This document shows, one piece after another, positions 49,943 through 62,608 of a DNA stretch of 64,000 nucleotides. The stretch is from an uncultured Bacilli bacterium (GTDB lineage: Bacteria > Bacillota_I > Bacilli_A > RF39 > UBA660). How positions within the stretch are numbered: the first letter of the stretch is position 1; every line of letters starts with the position of its first letter. The stretch covers positions 71,271-135,270 of the forward strand of contig CAKOIN010000003.1 in assembly GCA_934086955.1 (NCBI GenBank), read 5' to 3'. The translations under genes and the position numbers were made by a program. The notes beneath the pieces were generated by a model. It ran no database searches. It was given only the letters and a program-made list of their open reading frames with translations, and was not told the DNA's origin.

Positions 49943-50605
49943 ATGAATATATTAGATGCTTTAATAATTGTTTTATTTGTTCTTGGTATCATGGGTGGTA
50001 TGAGAAGAGGACTTATAAAAGAAACTGTTTTACTTGTTGGTTTAATATTTATAATAATAGTTGCTTTTTATCTTAGAACACCTATTGCAACTGTTATGTA
50101 TAAGACTTTACCATTTTTTGAATTTAGTGGTAAATTTAAAGGTGTTGCAATATTAAATATTTTATTATATGAACTAATCGCATTTTTAATTATATTTTCT
50201 ATTTTATATTTAATACTTAGAATATTATTAAAAATAACTGGTATTATAGAAAAAATATTAAAAGCAACAATTATTCTTGGAATATTTTCTAGAATAGGTG
50301 GAGCAATAGTAGGATTTATTGAGAGTTATGTTATTATATTTATTATTTTAGTAATAGCAAGTCAACCATTCTTAAAAATAACTGGTTTAGATGATTCTAA
50401 AGTTGGAAATTATATTCTTAATAATACTCCAATAATGAGTCCTGCTGTAAGTGATATAAGAGAAGTTAGTGAAGAAATATATAATTTAGCTACTAAATAC
50501 AAAGGTGAAAAATTTAATGATGAAGCAATAGACTTATTTATTAAATATGATATAATAACTAAAGAAAATGTTGATTTATTAAAGGAGAAAGGAAAACTAA
50601 AATGA
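49943..50605 (+). CDS. cvpA: CvpA family membrane protein
   Basis: MNILDALIIVLFVLGIMGGMRRGLIKE N-terminus, 4 TM helices. Confidence 0.7.
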   Translation: MNILDALIIVLFVLGIMGGMRRGLIKETVLLVGLIFIIIVAFYLRTPIATVMYKTLPFFEFSGKFKGVAILNILLYELIAFLIIFSILYLILRILLKITGIIEKILKATIILGIFSRIGGAIVGFIESYVIIFIILVIASQPFLKITGLDDSKVGNYILNNTPIMSPAVSDIREVSEEIYNLATKYKGEKFNDEAIDLFIKYDIITKENVDLLKEKGKLK

Positions 50606-50895
50606 TACATTTAGAAAATGATGATTTGGATAGTGTTATAAGTAGTGGTAATTATTTAGTGGATTTTTATGCTGAATGGTGTGGGCCATGCAAAATGCTT
50701 GCTCCTGTACTTGAAGATATCAGTGATAAAATAAATGTAGTAAAAGTTGATATTGATAAATTTCCAAAGTTAACTGAAAACTATAGAATTATGTCTGTCC
50801 CAACTTTAATATTCTTTAAAGATGGTAAAAAAGTTAAAGAAGTAGTTGGATTTCAAACAGAAGAAGAATTAATGGAAATCATTAATGAAATATAA
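50602..50895 (+). CDS. trxA: thioredoxin
   Basis: WCGPCK active site. 97 aa. Confidence 0.85.
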   Translation: MIHLENDDLDSVISSGNYLVDFYAEWCGPCKMLAPVLEDISDKINVVKVDIDKFPKLTENYRIMSVPTLIFFKDGKKVKEVVGFQTEEELMEIINEI

Positions 50896-50896
50896 G

Positions 50897-50927
50897 TACT
50901 AGAAATAGTACTTTTTTATTACTTGAA
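50897..50927 (+). terminator. rho-independent terminator (agtact-agaaat-agtact + T run)
   Basis: Perfect 6-bp palindromic stem followed by tttttatt. Confidence 0.55.
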
Positions 50928-50978
50928 TCTATTTTTTTATTATTATGTATGTTATGATATATATAATAGAGGTTGTGT

Positions 50979-53606
50979 ATGATAGAACTTAAAAATGTAT
51001 ATAAAAATTATAAAACTAAAAGTAGTGAAGTAAAAGTTCTTAATAATATAAATATTAAGTTACCTAGTAAGGGCCTTATTTTTATACTTGGTAAAAGTGG
51101 TAGTGGTAAAACAACACTTCTTAATTTAATTGGCGGTCTTGATAGAGTAACTTCTGGTAGTGTTTTAATAAATAATAATGATATTACTAAATTTGATGAT
51201 AATATGCTTGATAATTATAGAAATTCATTAGTAGGCTTTGTATTTCAAGACTTTAATTTACTTGATAATTTATCTGTTTATAAGAATATTGAATTACCTT
51301 TAAATTTACAAAAGAAAAAAGATAATAATGATCTTATAAAAAAAGTTCTAATAGGTGTTGGGTTACCTAATATGGAAGATAGGAATATTAATGAACTATC
51401 AGGTGGTGAAAAACAAAGAGTATCAATCGCAAGAGCTATGATTAAAAACCCGGATATTGTTCTTGCTGATGAACCAACTGGTAATTTAGATAGTACTAAT
51501 AGTGAAAATATATTTAATATACTAAAACAAATTTCTTATGCTAAACTAGTAGTCGTAGTGACTCATGATAGAGATGCTGCTTATAAATATGGAAATGAAA
51601 TAATTGAAATAAGTGATGGTACTGTTACTAATGTTGTACAAAATGGTGAACTTACTACTGAAACTAAATCATTAGTTATTAAAAAATCTAAATTATCTTT
51701 ATCAAAATCTATTAGTTTTGCATTTACTAATTTAAAGAAAAAGAAAATAAGACTTTTTATATCAATATTACTTGTAACTGTATCGTTATTTCTATTTGGA
51801 TATACAAGTTTCTTAACAAATTTTGATATTAATAAAATGCATGCTGATGCGATTAATAGAGGCAATGATAATTTAATTATTATTAATAAGAATAATAATG
51901 CTACTGATATTAATCCACTTAAAAATCTTACTGAAGATGATATAAATAATATAAGTAAACTTATTAATACTGATTTTACTAATGTATCAAGACTTAATGT
52001 TAATAATGAATATTTAACTGTTAGTTTTGTTAATTCATCTGATTTATATTATTATCAAAAAGGTTCTATTAATTCAAATATATTATCTTTTATTGAATAT
52101 AGTAGTGAAAAAATAAATAATTTAAAACTTATAGGTAATGTTCCATCTAATAATGATGAAATAATTGTAAATAAGTTTTTTGCAGATTATATGATTGAAA
52201 ATGGTATTACAATATATGATTATGATAAAGATAAAAAATTAACTAATATCGATTATTTTCCAAAAGATTATAATGAAATTATAAATGATAAAAAGAAAAT
52301 AGTACTTTATACTAATGGAAATGGTAATTATACTTTTACAATAAGTGGAATATTAGATGAAGATATATCTAAATTTGATAAATTAAAAACTATTAATGAA
52401 AACGAAGCTAAAACTGATTATAAAAAAATATATGATGAATTTAATAGTAAGATTAATTCATTATTTGATGTAATTGTTAATAAAGATTTAATTAAAGATT
52501 ATAATATTTCAAAAAATACTGTGGTTGATTTAATGCTTTATACAACTGTATATAATTATGATAATAAAAAATATTATCCTATGATGGGTTATATGAGTGG
52601 AATATCAAAAGAAATAGCTATTTGTGATGGCAAAGAGTTTAAGAAAGTAAATGAACTAAAAAACAATGAAATAATACTTAATATAGATAGTATAGGTGTA
52701 TTAAATTCTAATGATGGTTTATGGGCAAGTGAATATCAAAAATATTATGATAAATTAAAGAATGAAAGAGATGCTAAAGTAAAAGCAGAAGAAGATAAAG
52801 CATTAGATGATCCAGAATATATAATTAAGGAAATACCTGAACTTGATATAGAAAAAATACAGAAAGAATTTCATAAATATTATATTGATACTTATGGAAT
52901 AGTTGGAAAAGATATTACTGTTGATATTGTTAATAATAGTTCTAGTGATAGTTCTAGTAATACTTATACAGTAATTGGATATGTTTATGGAAATCAAGAT
53001 TTAAATGATATTTATAACTTTGTAAATAGTGAAAATGTTTCTAAATATTTAAGAGGTAATCATGAAGTAAATAAAATATATTTTAATTTGAATGATAAAG
53101 AAAAATTAGAAAATATATTTGATAACTTTGATTATAAAAAATATTCTATAAATACTATTTATACTAGTACAATAGATACTATATCTAAAACAATAATTAA
53201 AACGGAAAAATTATTTAAATATTTAAGTATTGGCTTTTTAACACTTGGTATTATTATTCTTACTAATTATATAATTGTGACAATAAATAGTAATAAAAAA
53301 CAAATTGGTATTTTAAGAAGTCTTGGTACTAAACAATCTGATTTATTTAAAATATATTATTTAGAAAGTATAATTATAGTGGTTATTTCTTATATAATTT
53401 CTACTATGCTCTTGTATTTTGGAGTTATTGTTTCTAATAATATTATTTCAAAAGATTTATTCTTTAATGTTAAACCAATTTTATTTAATATAAATTCATT
53501 ATTATATATGTTTATTCTTATCATTTTAATATCATTTGTATCTAGTGTGCTTCCAATAATTAGTCTTTCTAAAAAGAAGCCAATTGATGTTATATATGAT
53601 AAATAG
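50979..53606 (+). CDS. fused ABC transporter ATPase + FtsX-like permease (MacB-type architecture)
   Basis: N-terminal ABC domain (GKSGSGKTT, LSGGEKQR, ADEPTGNLD), 4 TM helices and a large extracytoplasmic domain. ATG 50979 after an agagg RBS. Confidence 0.75.
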   Translation: MIELKNVYKNYKTKSSEVKVLNNINIKLPSKGLIFILGKSGSGKTTLLNLIGGLDRVTSGSVLINNNDITKFDDNMLDNYRNSLVGFVFQDFNLLDNLSVYKNIELPLNLQKKKDNNDLIKKVLIGVGLPNMEDRNINELSGGEKQRVSIARAMIKNPDIVLADEPTGNLDSTNSENIFNILKQISYAKLVVVVTHDRDAAYKYGNEIIEISDGTVTNVVQNGELTTETKSLVIKKSKLSLSKSISFAFTNLKKKKIRLFISILLVTVSLFLFGYTSFLTNFDINKMHADAINRGNDNLIIINKNNNATDINPLKNLTEDDINNISKLINTDFTNVSRLNVNNEYLTVSFVNSSDLYYYQKGSINSNILSFIEYSSEKINNLKLIGNVPSNNDEIIVNKFFADYMIENGITIYDYDKDKKLTNIDYFPKDYNEIINDKKKIVLYTNGNGNYTFTISGILDEDISKFDKLKTINENEAKTDYKKIYDEFNSKINSLFDVIVNKDLIKDYNISKNTVVDLMLYTTVYNYDNKKYYPMMGYMSGISKEIAICDGKEFKKVNELKNNEIILNIDSIGVLNSNDGLWASEYQKYYDKLKNERDAKVKAEEDKALDDPEYIIKEIPELDIEKIQKEFHKYYIDTYGIVGKDITVDIVNNSSSDSSSNTYTVIGYVYGNQDLNDIYNFVNSENVSKYLRGNHEVNKIYFNLNDKEKLENIFDNFDYKKYSINTIYTSTIDTISKTIIKTEKLFKYLSIGFLTLGIIILTNYIIVTINSNKKQIGILRSLGTKQSDLFKIYYLESIIIVVISYIISTMLLYFGVIVSNNIISKDLFFNVKPILFNINSLLYMFILIILISFVSSVLPIISLSKKKPIDVIYDK

Positions 53607-53617
53607 TTATATAGTTT

Positions 53618-53647
53618 AAGCACTAGAAATAGTGCTTTTATTGTGAT
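53618..53647 (+). terminator. rho-independent terminator (agcact-agaaat-agtgct + T run), near-identical to the one at 50897
   Basis: Same hairpin with a compensatory T/C and A/G change. Confidence 0.5.
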
Positions 53648-53700
53648 ATAATCTTGTGGAAAGAAGAGGTGAATCACTAGGCTGTTTTCCTAGGTTGATT

Positions 53701-55865
<2,165 letters not shown>

Positions 55866-55879
55866 TGGTTATTTCTTTT

Positions 55880-56233
55880 TTATTTTTTTGAAACTCCAAC
55901 TATACCACCCGTTATTGATGATAATATTAATGTTAAATAATATATAAGTGTATTTAAACTATATTTTGATACGATTATTGTTATTAAAGAAAATAATATT
56001 GTCATTATTAATCCAATTATAAAGCCATTTAAATATCCTTTTGATTTTCTTATTTTTGATAATTTTAATCCAAACATATAAAACATTAAAAGTGTTAATA
56101 CATAATTAATAATATTTATTACATTAAGATCTAGTATTTCTAAATAATAAAATAATGATGTTATAAGTAGTAAAACTATAAAAAATATTATAAATTTATA
56201 TATGCTTTTTAGATATGTTAAAATTATATTCAT
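55880..56233 (-). CDS. hypothetical small membrane protein
   Basis: 117 aa with 3-4 TM helices. Confidence 0.35.
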   Translation of the reverse strand: MNIILTYLKSIYKFIIFFIVLLLITSLFYYLEILDLNVINIINYVLTLLMFYMFGLKLSKIRKSKGYLNGFIIGLIMTILFSLITIIVSKYSLNTLIYYLTLILSSITGGIVGVSKK

Positions 56234-56293
56234 TATTATTCACCTAATTAATTATATTTATGTTTAAAAATATTATGATTAAACATAATAATA

Positions 56294-56956
56294 ATGGGTG
56301 AAATTATGGATTTAATAATGGTTATTATAAGAACTGTATTATTTTATTTTATTGTACTTATTGTTTTTAGACTTATGGGTAAAAGAGAAATAGGAGAATT
56401 ATCTGTCCAAGATTTGGTTGTTAGTATTTTAATAGCTGAACTTGTTGCGATTAGTATTGAAAATTATAAGGATTCTGTTTTACTTACTGTTGTACCTATA
56501 ATAATATTATTATTTTTTGAAATTGCTTCTGGATATTTATCTTTAAGATTTAATAAGTTTAGAAATATAGTTGATGGTAAACCTTCTTTAATAATAAATA
56601 GGGGAATAATTAACTATAAAGAAATGATTAAACAAAGATATTCTCTTGATGATTTATTACTTGAACTTAGAAATAATAATATTAAAAATCTTAAAGATGT
56701 AGAATATGCTGTTCTTGAAAATAGTGGTAAATTAAATATCTTTAAATATAGTTTTTTAGGCATAGATAGTGCTAATCCTTTTCCATTGATATTAGATGGT
56801 GTTATTCAAAAAGATACTCTTGATTATATTGAAAAGGATGAAAATTGGCTTAATGATTATTTAGTAACTAATAATCTTAAAAAAGAAGATATATTTTATG
56901 CTTTTTATAAAAATAAACAGATTTATATAATTAAAAGAAATGAGCTAAAATGTTAA
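56294..56956 (+). CDS. DUF421 (YetF-like) membrane protein
   Basis: N-terminal TM helices, C-terminal YetF-type domain. 220 aa. Confidence 0.5.
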   Translation: MGEIMDLIMVIIRTVLFYFIVLIVFRLMGKREIGELSVQDLVVSILIAELVAISIENYKDSVLLTVVPIIILLFFEIASGYLSLRFNKFRNIVDGKPSLIINRGIINYKEMIKQRYSLDDLLLELRNNNIKNLKDVEYAVLENSGKLNIFKYSFLGIDSANPFPLILDGVIQKDTLDYIEKDENWLNDYLVTNNLKKEDIFYAFYKNKQIYIIKRNELKC

Positions 56957-58249
56957 TGTTTTTTTAAGAACTTTATAATATGAATATGTTGTATATATTA
57001 GGTTTGCTATTATTGATAATATTAAACTATACATACCAATTCTCATAAGTGATAATGCTGCAATTAATATTAATCTTATTATTGATGAAGTTATACTTAT
57101 TTTCATAGCTTCTTTACTTTTTCCGAGTGCTTGAAGAGCATTTGAAAGTGGATATTCAATATAAAATAATATTGTGAAAGGACTAAGTATTCTTATATAA
57201 TCTACTCCATAAGTAGTTTTATATAAAAGATTTAAAAAGAATTTAGGAAAAAGAACTATTACGAATGTTGATAAGGCTCCGATTGTACAAGAAATTAATA
57301 CTATTTGTTTTATTCTTTTGATACACATTTTATAATCTTTTATACTATAATATTTTGATAATTCTGGTATTAGTGATGTTGACATATTTTGAGTAAAAAA
57401 TGCAGGTAATAGTAATAGTGACATAGCATATGCATTAATAATACCATATTCATTTACTATAAAATCATTTTGATATCCTACAAAAAGTAATACATTTGTA
57501 AGTATTATTGGTTCTAAAAAATATGAAAAAGAACCAACTATTTTACTAGATGTTGATGGTATACTTATATTCATTACTTTTTTAACTGCTGTTTTACTAA
57601 TATATTTTTTATTAAATTCTATACTTTTTTTAGGAAAATAATATATCATAACTATTTGTGATATTACTTCTCCAATTGCATTGACTAAAATAATGAAACT
57701 TATTGCATGTATTAAACTTATTTTTATTATTTTTGGTATGAATATTCCTATTAATATTAATCTTGTTACTTGTTCTAAAAAGTTTGAAAGCATATATGGA
57801 AACATATTTTGTTTTCCCCAAAAATATCCTTTTATAATTGATGAAACTGATATAAATGGTGCTAGTATAGATATACATATTATTGGATAATAGAGACTAC
57901 TGTTATGAAGAAGATTTGTTGAAAGTGTTTTAGCAAATAATATTGTTATTAATATTAATACTGCATTCATTATTATTGATAAAGGAAGTAATGATAATAT
58001 TATAGTTTTTGATCTTTCACTTTTTTCTGATATTACTTTTGAAATACTTGTGGGATAACTTAAGGTAGATATTACTGTTATTAAAGATATAGTAGGAGAA
58101 AGCATACTATAGAGTCCCATTCCTTCACTACCTAATGTTCTAGTAACTAATATTTTAAGTATGAAACCTACTGCTTTTCCAATGGTTCCTCCGATTAAAA
58201 GAACTAATGTTGATTTTAAAAATATATTATTTTTTATTTTATTTAACAT
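56945..58249 (-). CDS. MOP-superfamily flippase (MurJ/SpoVB/Wzx-like polysaccharide biosynthesis protein)
   Basis: 434 aa with about 12 TM helices. N-terminus LLIGGTIGKAVGFILKILVTRTLGSEGMGLY is typical. Confidence 0.6.
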   Translation of the reverse strand: MLNKIKNNIFLKSTLVLLIGGTIGKAVGFILKILVTRTLGSEGMGLYSMLSPTISLITVISTLSYPTSISKVISEKSERSKTIILSLLPLSIIMNAVLILITILFAKTLSTNLLHNSSLYYPIICISILAPFISVSSIIKGYFWGKQNMFPYMLSNFLEQVTRLILIGIFIPKIIKISLIHAISFIILVNAIGEVISQIVMIYYFPKKSIEFNKKYISKTAVKKVMNISIPSTSSKIVGSFSYFLEPIILTNVLLFVGYQNDFIVNEYGIINAYAMSLLLLPAFFTQNMSTSLIPELSKYYSIKDYKMCIKRIKQIVLISCTIGALSTFVIVLFPKFFLNLLYKTTYGVDYIRILSPFTILFYIEYPLSNALQALGKSKEAMKISITSSIIRLILIAALSLMRIGMYSLILSIIANLIYTTYSYYKVLKKTLTF

Positions 58250-58335
58250 AATAAAGTATATGAGAACATACTTGAATAAATTAAATAATTATGTTATTAT
58301 TTAGTAGTCGTAAGTGACAACAATTTTAATAATTA

Positions 58336-58460
58336 CCTTATAAAGAGTGACTGAGAGACTGGCTCTATGAAGTCACACCAACCTAAATAAGATAGGTGGT
58401 AAGCCCAGATGGATGAGGATAACTTATATATACCTAGGTTACCCTAGGTATTTTTCTTTT
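58336..58460 (+). promoter_or_regulatory. SAM-I (S-box) riboswitch with intrinsic terminator, upstream of metK
   Basis: CTTATAAAGAGTGACTGAGAGACTGGCTCTATGAAGTCAC...GGTGGTAAGCCCAGATGGATGAGGATAA matches the SAM-I core (AGAG.GG..GAGGGACUGGCCC.AUGAA.CC...AGAUGAG). Terminator tacctagg-ttac-cctaggta + T run at 58430-58460. Confidence 0.7.
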
Positions 58461-58496
58461 TAAGGTAATTGTAATCTTAGAAGGAGGAATGATTAT

Positions 58497-59532
58497 ATGA
58501 GATTATTTAGTAATGAAATTGTTTTTAGGGGACATCCTGATAAGGTATGTGATCAAATTAGTGATGCACTTCTTGATGAATATTTAAAAGGTGATAAGAA
58601 AAGTAGATGTGCGATTGAAACAGTTGGTGGTAAAGGAAAAAATATTTATAACCGGTGAAGTTACTTCTAATAGTAAAGTAGATATTGAAAGAATAGTTAA
58701 TTCTGTTTTAAAAGATGTTGGTTATAATGAAAAGTATGAAATAATTAATAATATTGGAGTTCAAAGTAGTGATATAGCTCTTGGTACTAATGATATGGTT
58801 TCTGGTGCTGGGGATCAAGGTATGATGTTTGGTTATGCAGTTAATGATAACTCTTACTATTTGCCAACAGCAATGGTTATTCTTAAAGAGTTAAGCATTA
58901 AATATGATGAATTAAGAAAAAAAGATTCTAGATTTAAAAGTGATGGTAAAGCTCAAATAACTGGATATTATGATGATGATATGAAGTTATTAAAAATTAA
59001 AACTTTTACTATAAGTTATCAAAATACTGAAAAAGAGAGAGATAAAACTGATAAAATAATTAAAGATATAGTAGATAATATTTGTTCAAAATATAATATA
59101 GAGGTTTTGGAATATTTAATAAATCCAACTGGTAGATTTGAAATTGGTGGTTTTGCTGGTGATGCTGGTCTTACTGGCAGAAAAATTGTAGTTGATTCTT
59201 ATCAAGGATTTGCTCCTGTTGGTGGTGGTGCATTTAGTGGTAAAGATCCATCAAAAGTTGATAGAAGTGCTGCATATAAAGCAAGAGAAATAGCTGTTTA
59301 TTACTTAAAGAAATATAATCTTAAATGGTGTAAAGTTCAACTTAGTTATGCAATTGGTATTAGAAAACCTCTTGCTATATATATTGATAGTGATAAAGGT
59401 AATTTAAAAGATGAAGTAACTATTTCTTCATATTCTTCTTTATATGAAGAGTGTGAACCAAAAAATATTATTAATGATCTAAATCTTTTAAATAAATGTT
59501 ATTATGAAACTAGTATGTTTGGTCATTTTTAA
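58497..59532 (+). pseudogene. metK: S-adenosylmethionine synthetase interrupted by a +1 frameshift in an A6 tract (58637-58642); possible homopolymer sequencing error
   Basis: ATG 58497 (RBS aaggagg). [29 protein letters not shown]...[11 protein letters not shown] in frame 0, then [10 protein letters not shown]...GAGDQGMMFGYA...GGAFSGKDPSKVDRSAAY in frame +1. Removing one A restores a continuous MetK. Confidence 0.7.
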
Positions 59533-59582
59533 AATGTATTATAATGTAAAGTTTTGTAACATATATTGATATATTAAAATAT

Positions 59583-59760
59583 ATATGGTATATTATAAAT
59601 AACCTAGATGATAGATATAGCTTTATAAACCGGCTATGTAATACTATAGGGGGATTAATTAGTATATGGTGTTGAATATTGCATTTTAATGCAAGATCCC
59701 GAGTATATTATGTATCCTACCACCTCGTGCGAATCGCGAGTTTTATTACACTATATTTTC
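59583..59760 (+). ncRNA. candidate structured small RNA (extended -10 promoter, 3-4 hairpins, intrinsic terminator)
   Basis: TGgTATATT at about 59586-59594; hairpins atagc/gctat, atacta/tagtat, ttgcat/atgcaa; terminator ctcgtg-cgaat-cgcgag + ttttatt. GC-rich relative to the flanks. Confidence 0.3.
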
Positions 59761-59801
59761 ACTGGGTTTTATTTTGCAAAAATATATATTTATGATAAAT
59801 T

Positions 59802-60533
59802 TTGATTTATTTTCTATTCTTTGATATAATACTACTTGCTTATGGGAGGCAATTTATGAATCTTGTTAGACTCGAAAGTTTAGTAGGGGAAGAGAATATA
59901 GAAAAGATAAGAAAACTTAAGGTCCTTGTCTTAGGACTTGGAGGAGTTGGTGGTTACACAGTCGAATCACTTGTTAGATGTGGTGTTGAAAATATAACAC
60001 TTGTAGATAGTGATATTATTAAACCAAGTAATATTAATAGACAAATTATTACTACAAGTAAAAATATAAACAAATATAAAACAAGAGAATGGAAAAAGAG
60101 AATAAAACTTATAAATAAAAATGCTATTGTTAATATTATTAATGTTCATATAACTGAAGATAATATAGAGTGTTTATTTGGTAGTGATTATGATTATATT
60201 ATTGATGCTTGTGATACCACTAAGGTAAAAGTAAAATTAATTATTGAATGTCATAATAGAAATATTAAACTTGTTTCTTCTATGGGAACTGCTAATAAAC
60301 TTGATGCTACTAAAGTGTATATTACTACTCTTGATAAAACTCACAGTGATCCTCTTGCTAAGAAGATTAGACATGAACTTGGAAAGTATAGGGAATATAT
60401 GAGTGATGTTACTGTTGTTACTTCAAGCGAAAAAGCTATTAATAATACAATGCTTGGCTCAACCGCATTTGTTCCTGGAACTGCTGGACTTTTTATAACA
60501 AATTATATAATAAAAGATGTAACTGGCATGTAG
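59802..60533 (+). CDS. tcdA: tRNA threonylcarbamoyladenosine dehydratase (ThiF/MoeB-fold, TcdA/CsdL-like)
   Basis: GLGGVGG Rossmann motif, DPLAKK motif, 243 aa. Confidence 0.65.
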   Translation: MIYFLFFDIILLAYGRQFMNLVRLESLVGEENIEKIRKLKVLVLGLGGVGGYTVESLVRCGVENITLVDSDIIKPSNINRQIITTSKNINKYKTREWKKRIKLINKNAIVNIINVHITEDNIECLFGSDYDYIIDACDTTKVKVKLIIECHNRNIKLVSSMGTANKLDATKVYITTLDKTHSDPLAKKIRHELGKYREYMSDVTVVTSSEKAINNTMLGSTAFVPGTAGLFITNYIIKDVTGM

Positions 60534-61232
60534 CTACATCTTTTTTGCTATTAATTTTAAGCTTAATCCTTCATTATCAAGTTCTTCTTCTGTTGTAGAA
60601 AGTGGCTCGTGACCTTTTAAAAATGAATTTATATATACATCTCCACTTATTGATTGAAAATCTCTTCTTCTATATCCTGTTTTAGTATTATAAAATGAGT
60701 CTCCATATATTCTAGCTATATTTTCATCTAGTATATGATATCCATTGATTAATAATTTTTGTATTTCAGTTTTATCTTCTTCATTTATGAAATATCCAGG
60801 AGAAGGTGTTCTTAGTATTTTACTGTTATACAGGATATATCCTTTTTTATCATCTATGAAGAATTGTCTATATGTTGGATCTATTAAATATGGTACATTT
60901 ATACCATTTACATTAAATATTGCGATAAGAAATGAATGTCCTTCTATATCTTCTGTTATTACATTTTGTGTCATACAAGGATGAACTTCAACTTCTAAAC
61001 TATTTAAGTAATGTGTTATTATAGCTTGAGCTTTATCACATTTAAATTGAAAACTAAAATTATTAATATTACTTGTAAATTTGCATCTTGTTTCATAGCA
61101 TATATAGTCTAAAAACATATTAATTTCTTCTTCGGTTAATGGTTCTTTTAATAATGTTTTTTGTTCTAGTATTTCTATTATTTGTGGATCAATATTTACT
61201 GTTTTGGGTGTTGATTCTATTATGTAATTCAT
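60534..61232 (-). CDS. hypothetical protein (possible Cys/His hydrolase-like)
   Basis: 232 aa. No secure family. Confidence 0.35.
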   Translation of the reverse strand: MNYIIESTPKTVNIDPQIIEILEQKTLLKEPLTEEEINMFLDYICYETRCKFTSNINNFSFQFKCDKAQAIITHYLNSLEVEVHPCMTQNVITEDIEGHSFLIAIFNVNGINVPYLIDPTYRQFFIDDKKGYILYNSKILRTPSPGYFINEEDKTEIQKLLINGYHILDENIARIYGDSFYNTKTGYRRRDFQSISGDVYINSFLKGHEPLSTTEEELDNEGLSLKLIAKKM

Positions 61233-62425
61233 TGTTTCACCTTTATACTGTTATTAAATTTATACATTTCTGTTTCATATTTATTTCTTCTTGGAGTGTA
61301 ATATTTTCTTCCTTTTAATTCTTTTGGCATATATTCTTGATCTACCCAATAATTTGGATAATTATGTGGGTATTTATAGTTTGGACTAGTTGTTCTTATA
61401 TGCTCTGGTATTCTACCAACTGATATTGTATTTATATCATTTACCGCAGCGGTTATTGCCGTATCTGCTGAATTACTTTTAGGACTTAAAGCCATATCTA
61501 TTACAGCACAACTAAGTGGCTTATATAATTCAGGAAATCCAATTCTTTCGCTTGCTTCAATTGCTGATAATACTTTCATTCCCATAGTTGGATTTGCAAG
61601 GCCAATATCTTCGTATGCTATTACAAGCATTCTTCTATAAATAATATCATAATCACCGCTTACAATTAATCTTGCTAAATAGTGAAGGGCAGCATCTACA
61701 TCACTACCTCTAATACTTTTTTGAAAAGCTGAAAGCATATCATAATATCCATCTTCATTTTTATCAGCAAAAAATGATGGAGTATTGTGTGTTAACTTTA
61801 TATTATCTATTGTTATTTCTTTATTATATCCATAGTAACAAAATTCGATTAAATTGTATGCAAATCTTATATCACCATTTGAAACACTTGCTATATATTT
61901 AATAGTTTTATTATCCATTTTAATATCTGGAAGTACTTCTTTTACTTTTTTAATTCCTTTTTCAATATCACTTTCACTTAATGGTTTAAGTTCTATTAGG
62001 CTACATCTACTTCTTATAGCTTGATTTAGTGAATGATATGGATTCGAATTAGTAAGACCTATTAATGTGATAAGACCACTTTCTAAATAAGATAATAGTA
62101 TATCTTGTTTGTCTTTATTCATTCTATGTATTTCGTCTACTATTAAAATAAGTCCATTATACATTTTTGCTTCTTCTATAACAATTTCAAAGTCTTTTTT
62201 TGAGTTAACTGTTGCATTAAGCATTCTATATCTCATATTAAATTCATTCATTAATGCTAGTGCAATTGTAGTTTTACCACATCCACTAGATCCATAAAAT
62301 ATTATATTAAATAATTTCTTTTCTTTTACTAGGTTACTTAGTACTTTGCCTTTGCCAATTATGTGTGTTTGTCCAAGAACATCCTTTAATGAGTTTGGTC
62401 TTAATTTATTTTGTAATAGTTCCAT
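61229..62425 (-). CDS. rarA: replication-associated recombination protein A (AAA ATPase)
   Basis: Walker A GSSGCGKTT, Walker B VDEIHR and the MgsA C-terminal domain. 398 aa. Confidence 0.85.
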   Translation of the reverse strand: MELLQNKLRPNSLKDVLGQTHIIGKGKVLSNLVKEKKLFNIIFYGSSGCGKTTIALALMNEFNMRYRMLNATVNSKKDFEIVIEEAKMYNGLILIVDEIHRMNKDKQDILLSYLESGLITLIGLTNSNPYHSLNQAIRSRCSLIELKPLSESDIEKGIKKVKEVLPDIKMDNKTIKYIASVSNGDIRFAYNLIEFCYYGYNKEITIDNIKLTHNTPSFFADKNEDGYYDMLSAFQKSIRGSDVDAALHYLARLIVSGDYDIIYRRMLVIAYEDIGLANPTMGMKVLSAIEASERIGFPELYKPLSCAVIDMALSPKSNSADTAITAAVNDINTISVGRIPEHIRTTSPNYKYPHNYPNYWVDQEYMPKELKGRKYYTPRRNKYETEMYKFNNSIKVKQ

Positions 62426-62534
62426 AATTCACCTCAGAAATATTTTAACACAAATTAAATATTTTATATAGTTATTATAATGTATTTACAACTTTCTGTT
62501 TGTTATAATAAAATATTAATAGTGAAGTACCTAA

Positions 62535-62608
62535 CCCCCTGCGGTTGGGCATCACTTTTTTTGTTGTTTTGCCTAACTACAAAGTGAGTTAGGCTTTTAT
62601 GTGCTTTA
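62535..62608 (+). terminator. two tandem GC-rich terminator-like hairpins (possible small RNA 3' end or attenuator)
   Basis: agtga-ag-tacctaacc-ccctgc-ggttgggca-tcact + T7, then gcctaact-acaaagtg-agttaggc + ttttatg. Confidence 0.4.

Noticed and set aside
56234-56293. 8-bp inverted repeat ATGTTTAA...TTAAACAT in the 55880/56294 divergent intergenic region
   Set aside because: Too short and AT-rich to distinguish from chance in a 25% GC genome. Possibly an operator, but unsupported.
62109-62297. 62-aa + strand ORF inside rarA
   Set aside because: Antisense to a conserved AAA ATPase gene.
62480-62587. 35-codon hydrophobic ORF spanning the GC-rich hairpins upstream of 62697
   Set aside because: No Shine-Dalgarno sequence. 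The structure is better explained as RNA hairpins. Kept only as an alternative in the corresponding finding.
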